NCBI GenBank assembly: GCA_964016885.1 | Contig: CAXHJY010001405.1 | Location: forward strand, 1 to 64,000 | Source of the DNA: Eledone cirrhosa | Taxonomy: Eukaryota | DNA length: 64,000 bases | Direction of reading: 5' to 3' | Shown here: one piece after another, positions 56,201 through 64,000 of the stretch | Numbering within the stretch: the stretch's first letter is position 1 | How the letters are laid out: the number at the start of each line of letters is the position of its first letter | The notes under the pieces: generated by a model | Told to the model about the DNA's origin: nothing | Database searches by the model: none | The model's input: the letters and a program-made list of their open reading frames with translations, nothing else | Made by a program: the position numbers and the translations under genes

Positions 56201-58777
56201 GTAGTTTGTTTTAGCGATAGAATGGCTATTTGGACTTGAAATACGAAATGAGAGAGAGAGAGGAGAGAGAGATGAAGTCTGTACCTTATGTTTACATGAT
56301 TTTCTTTCGGACAGCAGGCAAAGAAATGAAATTTGGCGAAGTGAATTCCTATCATATATTTATAGGGAGAGAGAGAGAGAGAGAGAGAGTGCGAGGGTAG
56401 GGGGCCACATGATGGCTGTGGGTGTTAGGCGTTTGACCGCCCCGTGCCTTCGAAGAAGGAAGAAGGAAAGGATTTTGCTTTTTTGCTTTTTTTTTTTGGG
56501 GGTTTGAAAATACGTTAGGAATTAAGGTTTGAAAATAGCTAGCAAGAAGGTAATGATTGAGATGGGTCTTATGCATTTAACAAGCGATTAACAAAAATAC
56601 AAAATTTGTTCAGTTAAATACGTCCAAAAACCTAAACGTATTTAGCACTTAATAGGAACAGAAAATGTGTAGTTTGTTTTAGCGATAGAATGGCTATTTG
56701 GACTTGAAATACGAAATGAGAGAGAGAGAGGAGAGAGAGATGAAGTCTGTACCTTATGTTTACATGATTTTCTTTCGGACAGCAGGCAAAGAAATGAAAT
56801 TTGGCGAAGTGAATTCCTATCATATATTTATAGGGAGAGAGAGAGAGAGAGAGAGAGTGCGAGGGTAGGGGGCCACATGATGGCTGTGGGTGTTAGGCGT
56901 TTGACCGCCCCGTGCCTTCGAAGAAGGAAGAAGGAAAGGATTTTGCTTTTTTGCTTTTTTTTTTGGGGGGTTTGAAAATACGTTAGGAATTAAGGTTTGA
57001 AAATAGCTAGCAAGAAGGTAATGATTGAGATGGGTCTTATGCATTTAACAAGCGATTAACAAAAATACAAAATTTGTTCAGTTAAATACGTCCAAAAACC
57101 TAAACGTATTTAGCACTTAATAGGAACAGAAAATGTGTAGTTGGTTTTAGCGATAGAATGGCTATTTGGACTTGAAATACGAAATGAGAGAGAGAGAGGA
57201 GAGAGAGATGAAGTCTGTACCTTATGTTTACATGATTTTCTTTCGGACAGCAGGCAAAGAAATGAAATTTGGCGAAGTGAATTCCTATCATATATTTATA
57301 GGGAGAGAGAGAGAGAGAGAGAGAGTGCGAGGGTAGGGGGCCACATGATGGCTGTGGGTGTTAGGCGTTTGACCGCCCCGTGCCTTCGAAGAAGGAAGAA
57401 GGAAAGGATTTTGCTTTTTTGCTTTTTTTTTTTGGGGGTTTGAAAATACGTTAGGAATTAAGGTTTGAAAATAGCTAGCAAGAAGGTAATGATTGAGATG
57501 GGTCTTATGCATTTAACAAGCGATTAACAAAAATACAAAATTTGTTCAGTTAAATACGTCCAAAAACCTAAACGTATTTAGCACTTAATAGGAACAGAAA
57601 ATGTGTAGTTTGTTTTAGCGATAGAATGGCTATTTGGACTTGAAATACGAAATGAGAGAGAGAGAGGAGAGAGAGATGAAGTCTGTACCTTATGTTTACA
57701 TGATTTTCTTTCGGACAGCAGGCAAAGAAATGAAATTTGGCGAAGTGAATTCCTATCATATATTTATAGGGAGAGAGAGAGAGAGAGAGAGAGTGCGAGG
57801 GTAGGGGGCCACATGATGGCTGTGGGTGTTAGGCGTTTGACCGCCCCGTGCCTTCGAAGAAGGAAGAAGGAAAGGATTTTGCTTTTTTGCTTTTTTTTTT
57901 TGGGGGTTTGAAAATACGTTAGGAATTAAGGTTTGAAAATAGCTAGCAAGAAGGTAATGATTGAGATGGGTCTTATGCATTTAACAAGCGATTAACAAAA
58001 ATACAAAATTTGTTCAGTTAAATACGTCCAAAAACCTAAACGTATTTAGCACTTAATAGGAACAGAAAATGTGTAGTTTGTTTTAGCGATAGAATGGCTA
58101 TTTGGACTTGAAATACGAAATGAGAGAGAGAGAGGAGAGAGAGATGAAGTCTGTACCTTATGTTTACATGATTTTCTTTCGGACAGCAGGCAAAGAAATG
58201 AAATTTGGCGAAGTGAATTCCTATCATATATTTATAGGGAGAGAGAGAGAGAGAGAGAGAGTGCGAGGGTAGGGGGCCACATGATGGCTGTGGGTGTTAG
58301 GCGTTTGACCGCCCCGTGCCTTCGAAGAAGGAAGAAGGAAAGGATTTTGCTTTTTTGCTTTTTTTTTTGGGGGGTTTGAAAATACGTTAGGAATTAAGGT
58401 TTGAAAATAGCTAGCAAGAAGGTAATGATTGAGATGGGTCTTATGCATTTAACAAGCGATTAACAAAAATACAAAATTTGTTCAGTTAAATACGTCCAAA
58501 AACCTAAACGTATTTAGCACTTAATAGGAACAGAAAATGTGTAGTTTGTTTTAGCGATAGAATGGCTATTTGGACTTGAAATACGAAATGAGAGAGAGAG
58601 AGGAGAGAGAGATGAAGTCTGTACCTTATGTTTACATGATTTTCTTTCGGACAGCAGGCAAAGAAATGAAATTTGGCGAAGTGAATTCCTATCATATATT
58701 TATAGGGAGAGAGAGAGAGAGAGAGAGAGTGCGAGGGTAGGGGGCCACATGATGGCTGTGGGTGTTAGGCGTTTGAC
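53261..58777 (-). repeat. 468-bp tandem array, about 11.8 near-identical monomers, fused to the RTE 5' end
   Basis: Monomer ORF echoes at 53357, 53825, 54293 ... 58504; differences are mainly T/G run and GA lengths plus one SNP near 57143. Confidence 0.96.
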
Positions 58778-58806
58778 ATATATATATATATACATATATA
58801 TATATG

Positions 58807-58853
<47 letters not shown>

Positions 58854-58877
58854 GTATATTATGAATATATATATATG

Positions 58878-58926
<49 letters not shown>

Positions 58927-58948
58927 GTATATTATGTATATATATATA

Positions 58949-59149
<201 letters not shown>

Positions 59150-59219
59150 TATGTATATTATGTATATATGTATATATATATATGTATATTATGTATATAT
59201 ATATATATATGTATATTAT

Positions 59220-59251
<32 letters not shown>

Positions 59252-59307
59252 TATGTATATATATGTATATATATGTGTATATGTATATATATATATGTAT
59301 ATATATG

Positions 59308-59376
<69 letters not shown>

Positions 59377-59437
59377 GTGTATATGTATATATATATATGT
59401 ATATATATGTATATATATATGTATATATATATGTATA

Positions 59438-59468
<31 letters not shown>

Positions 59469-59623
59469 GTGTATATGTATATATATATGTGTATATATAT
59501 ATATATATGTATATATATGTGTATATGTATATATATGTGTATATATATATATATATGTATATATATATGTATATATATGTATATATATATATATATATGT
59601 ATATATATGTATATATATGTATA

Positions 59624-59664
<41 letters not shown>

Positions 59665-59723
59665 GTATATATATGTATATATATATGTATATATATATAT
59701 ATATATGTATATATATGTATATA

Positions 59724-59780
<57 letters not shown>

Positions 59781-59787
59781 GTATATA

Positions 59788-59844
<57 letters not shown>

Positions 59845-59852
59845 GTATATAT

Positions 59853-61189
59853 ATTAATATAAGCAGAACAAGCAAAATTCAACCAATCTTTTAAAATAAA
59901 TTAAAAAATATAATTTAAATATTTACCTATTCATATGGCTCTTACCGATCGGTTTCTCTGATGAGCCTTGATTTTCCATTAGAAATCCATTGGGTCTCTG
60001 GTGTTTTACAAGGCGAAACCGATCGGTAAGAGCCATATGAATAGGTAAATATTTAAATTATATTTTTTAATTTATTTTAAAAAATTGGTTGAATTTTGCT
60101 TGTTCTGCTTATATTAATACTATAGTTCTGGTATGTCAAATTGATACCATAGAACAACCTTAAATCATAGACAACCTATGTATTTCCAAGGGTACCTAGT
60201 ACCCACGGGCTTACTAACTTCTTCTATCACCCTCCATTTGTTGAGAACAATCACGTTGATTCTATTTAGCTGCTATTTTTAGTAACGAGATAGACAACAC
60301 GTCTATGTTTTTCCCGCTTTAACCTCGGGTAGTTCACGTACAGGTCATTTTTCGGCCTTTTGGACCTGTGCTAGCTGGCAGATAACAATATATTTTATCG
60401 TTCCTGGGTCTTTAGCCCTAGGAAAGGAAAATGCTTCTCTGATGAGCCTTGATTTTCCATTAGAAATCCATTGGGTCTCTGGTGTTTTACAAGGCGAAAC
60501 CGATCGGCAAGAGCCATATGAATAGGTAAATATTTAAATTATATTTTTTAATTTATTTTAAAAAATTGGTTGAATTTTGCTTGTTCTGCTTATATTAATA
60601 TTATAGTTCTGGTATGTCAAATTGATACCATAGAACAACCTTAAATCATAGACAACCTATGTATTTCCAAGGGTACCTAGTACCCACGGGCTTACTAACT
60701 TCTTCTATCACCCTCCATTTGTTGAGAACAATCACGTTGATTCTATTTAGCTGCTATTTTTAGTAACGAGATAGACAACACGTCTATGTTTTTCCCGCTT
60801 TAACCTCGGGTAGTTCACGTACAGGTCATTTTTCGGCCTTTTGGACCTGTGCTAGCTGGCAGATAACAATATATTTTATCGTTCCTGGGTCTTTAGCCCT
60901 AGGAAAGGAAAATGCTTCTCTGATGAGCCTTGATTTTCCATTAGAAATCCATTGGGTCTCTGGTGTTTTACAAGGCGAAACCGATCGGTAAGAGCCATAT
61001 GAATAGGTAAATATTTAAATTATATTTTTTAATTTATTTTAAAAAATTGGTTGAATTTTGCTTGTTCTGCTTATATTAATATTATAGTTCTGGTATGTCA
61101 AATTGATACCATAGAACAACCTTAAATCATAGACAACCTATGTATTTCCAAGGGTACCTAGTACCCACGGGCTTACTAACTTCTTCTAT
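59853..61189. repeat. 481-bp hammerhead-bearing tandem array (about 2.6 units on plus, preceded by a ~100-bp inverted arm)
   Basis: CTGATGA at 59958, 60439 and 60920; 59853-59956 is the reverse complement of about 60015-60119; TA/TATG on both sides. Confidence 0.93.
60914..60995 (+). ncRNA. Type I hammerhead ribozyme (481-bp family)
   Basis: gcttct-CTGATGA-gccttg..(long loop)..caaggc-GAAAC-cgatcg-GTA-agagc; helix III is the palindrome ACCGATCGGT. Other copies at 59955-60033 and 60433-60514 (the latter GTA>GCA). Confidence 0.85.
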
Positions 61190-61222
61190 ATGTATATATA
61201 TGTATATATATGTATATATATG

Positions 61223-61253
<31 letters not shown>

Positions 61254-61732
61254 GTATATATAGTTGAGCAGTTGAAGTATAAGGACGTGTTTTTACTTCT
61301 CTCCCCGAGTAAGCAGCAAGTCACACAGCCACAAAACAAAACCACAAGACAAAACCAAACAAACAAAAATTGACCGGTTAATACATTTTCATACATCTAT
61401 ATTATTATATATTTGAAAATTGACCGGTTAATACATTTTTCATACATCTATATTATTATATATTTGAAACCACGTGTTTTCGAACTTGTGAGTACATTTT
61501 CCTTTAACTACAAATTATTATTATATACTTTCGTCTTTTCATTAACTTAATTAATTTCAAATAACCAGAATATACATATATATATATATATATATACTCA
61601 TATTTATATATATACGCTTCTCACTCACACACAAGAAAAACAAAAAACAAAAATAAATCAAAAATAAATTTAAAAAAAATATATATATATATTGAAATAC
61701 TTAACTAAAACACACACACACTCAAAACTAGA

Positions 61733-62893
61733 ATGACTAACCAGTAAAAATCCAAACAGAACTGGTCTGATAATGAAATCGACATTCTAATAAACACATG
61801 GCATTGCCTTTCCCAAACAGAAGATATACATGCTTCATCTCTGAACGACATTGCTAAACGTACAGTTCAATTTTTGAAAACTCGATCTGAACAACAGATT
61901 CAAAATAAATTAAAGCAAATCGAAATTGCTTTTAAATTAATCAATAAACATTTGGATAAACTACGGTGTGTTTTCTCTTCGAATGCTGTCCAGCAGCAGC
62001 AGCAACAACAACAGCAGCTACAACAGCAACAACAACAACAGCTACAACAACAACATCAACAACAGCTACAACAACAACATCAACAACAGCAACAACAACA
62101 ACAACGACAACAACAGTGTGAACCACTCCTTGATTCATCAACAATGGCCGATCTACTAAATGAAACTATTGACCCCCAGTAGCCTCCGTCTCACAGCATG
62201 AAACGCCACATCCTTTCTCTGGCCCAGCAGTCCAATCATCACCACTGCCAACATCTCTACCTACTACTACTACTACAACATTTTTGTCTACTGCTATGTC
62301 AAGGAATTTACCTTCTAATACCAGAACAAGAACTCTCCCTCCCACAGTCCACAAAGGTCGTCAAATCCTACCCAAACCATCATCTACACCTCTCACAACA
62401 CCCACACCCACACACTCGAAACCCCACCATTTGCCGCTACTCTCTACACTATAGAATATGTACGGATAGTGGCTGCAAATTCACCCATTTACCTAGGACA
62501 AAACGATCTATCCCCACAAACAGCCACCACCATAATACATACTCTAATTTAACACCAACACAACCACCAATAACTCAAACAAGGAATCCACAAATCTGCC
62601 GTTTTTCCCTGCGAGACAGATTGTGTTTAGACCGGGATTGTCCCTTTACCCATCTCCCGGGGACCCGTCGGATAAATGAAAATAAAATTAAAAATAAAAG
62701 CAAAAACAAAAACCATAACCTACATAAAAATAACCACTACCACAGTCACCAACAGTCTTCTAAACAGGGAACTTCTTCCTCTTTTTTAGCCATAATGAAT
62801 CTGGCAAAAGAACTGGAAAAAAACATTCGAGCTATCACCCAGCACCACCCTCCACTATCACCCCACTGCACAAACTCCCATTGCTGCCATTAA
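61733..62893 (+). pseudogene. Disrupted LINE ORF1: Myb/SANT-like N-terminus, poly-Q and two CCCH zinc fingers
   Basis: MTNQ*KSKQNWSDNEIDILINTW...RSEQQIQNKLKQI; stops at codon 5 and at 62180; CRYSLHYRICTDSGCKFTH and CRFSLRDRLCLDRDCPFTH (C-x8-C-x4-C-x3-H). Confidence 0.6.
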
Positions 62894-64000
62894 CAAACAA
62901 ACAAATTAACAACACACCAAAACAATTAAAACCATCCACTCTCGCCTCTACATTTTTGCTTAACGCCCAAGGCATCAGCCCTTCCACCAATACTCAAAAA
63001 TGGAAGATCACATTCCTGGAGGACTGGATTGATGTCCATCCAAACCACATCCCTTTCTTCGTCCTCACTGAAACCCATCTCAGTAACCTCCACTTGGAAG
63101 CCGAGGTGAAAGTGAAAAATTTCAAAGCCACCCGTGCTGATCGCGCTGGCAGAAGAAAGGGCGGAACTGCCATTTATGTCCATAATTCTTTCTCAACAGA
63201 GGCTATGAACATATTCACTAATGGATACTGTGAGGCAGTCACTGTATTCAGTCAAACCAACAACCTATTAGTAGTTGGGCTCTATAGGCCACCCCAAACG
63301 CCTGTACCATGCTTCAAGGAATGCCTCAACAGCATAAAGTGTTTCATCCAAGAGTGTCACCCTGACAACATCTTAATGATGGGGGACTTCAACCTCCCCG
63401 GAGTTGACTGGTCCACAAACACCCTGCCACCAGGTTCTTCTGCCTCAACCTCTGACAGGGAAGCTGTGGAATCGCTTCTTGACTTCATGGATGATTTCTT
63501 CCTATCCCAACTAGTGCTCGAACCAACGAGGTGCCACAAAAACGTCCTAGACTTAATTTTCAGCAATCACACTGACAATATCCACAATATTGCAGTGGAG
63601 AAAACTCTACTCTCTGATCATGACATGGTTCTCTGTGATCTGAGATTCCACCGTCCAATATACAAACCCAATGTCATCTCTCCTGTCCATCCGTTTGACG
63701 CTATGGATTTCCACAATGCAAACTGGGAAGCGATCAGTCATGATCTTGCACATGTCGACTGGTCCTTCACGCACACTCATACACCCACTAACATCAAAAA
63801 GTCCTGGCAGACATTTGTGGACACTGTTACAAACATATGTGCTAAACACACCCCATTAAGAACTATAAACAAATCTAAGAGCAGAATCCCTAGAAATAGA
63901 AAAACGCTCATCAGAAAAATTAAGAGAACGAACAAAAAAATCAACAAGCTGAAATACTGTCAGCAGCAACACATCAACTTGACTGCCATTTCATCACTAG
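62764..64000 (+). CDS. LINE ORF2, APE endonuclease domain (partial; absent from the ORF track because it has no stop in the window)
   Basis: Manual translation of frame 1: LLNAQGI, FVLTETHL, RADRAGRRKGGTAIYV, VGLYRPP, MGDFNLPGVDW, EPTR..NVLDLIFSN, LSDHDMV. Confidence 0.9.

Larger units (their letters stand above)
61262..64000 (+). mobile_element. CR1/Jockey-group LINE, 5' half (5'UTR, ORF1, start of ORF2), running off the window
   Basis: Begins right after the TA tract; ORF1-like region at 61733-62893; APE endonuclease in an overlapping frame. Confidence 0.85.

Noticed and set aside
53261-58777. Ribozyme or small-protein gene array in the 468-bp monomer (63-aa and 74-aa ORFs)
   Set aside because: No CUGANGA/GAAA core or convincing HDV-like fold found by eye; the ORFs cross GA and T runs and are frameshifted in one monomer.

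Overview
Eukaryotic, very AT-rich and repeat-dense DNA, probably from an octopod cephalopod (inferred from the look of the SINE/RTE families, not verified). The only host coding sequence I can support is one 530-bp minus-strand exon (40625-41154) ending in the start of an ankyrin repeat (BARD1-like). The rest is a nest of mobile elements, almost all sitting in long (TA)n/(TATG)n tracts. It holds two RTE-clade LINE families with a PHD-type finger inside the RT, including one intact 1120-aa copy whose 5' end runs straight into about 12 near-identical 468-bp monomers. It also holds CR1-like LINEs, a Penelope-like (GIY-YIG) fragment, non-autonomous Helitrons, tRNA-derived SINEs and an 8.3-kb tandem duplication whose crossover maps inside an RTE copy. 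The most notable system is two unrelated non-coding tandem-repeat families (310-bp and 481-bp units). Each unit carries a type I hammerhead ribozyme with a palindromic helix III, and the arrays are arranged head-to-head in (TA)n with inversion points on hairpins or on the ribozyme itself. They look like retrozyme-like or Penelope-mobilised ribozyme parasites. All calls were made by eye; no database search was run.
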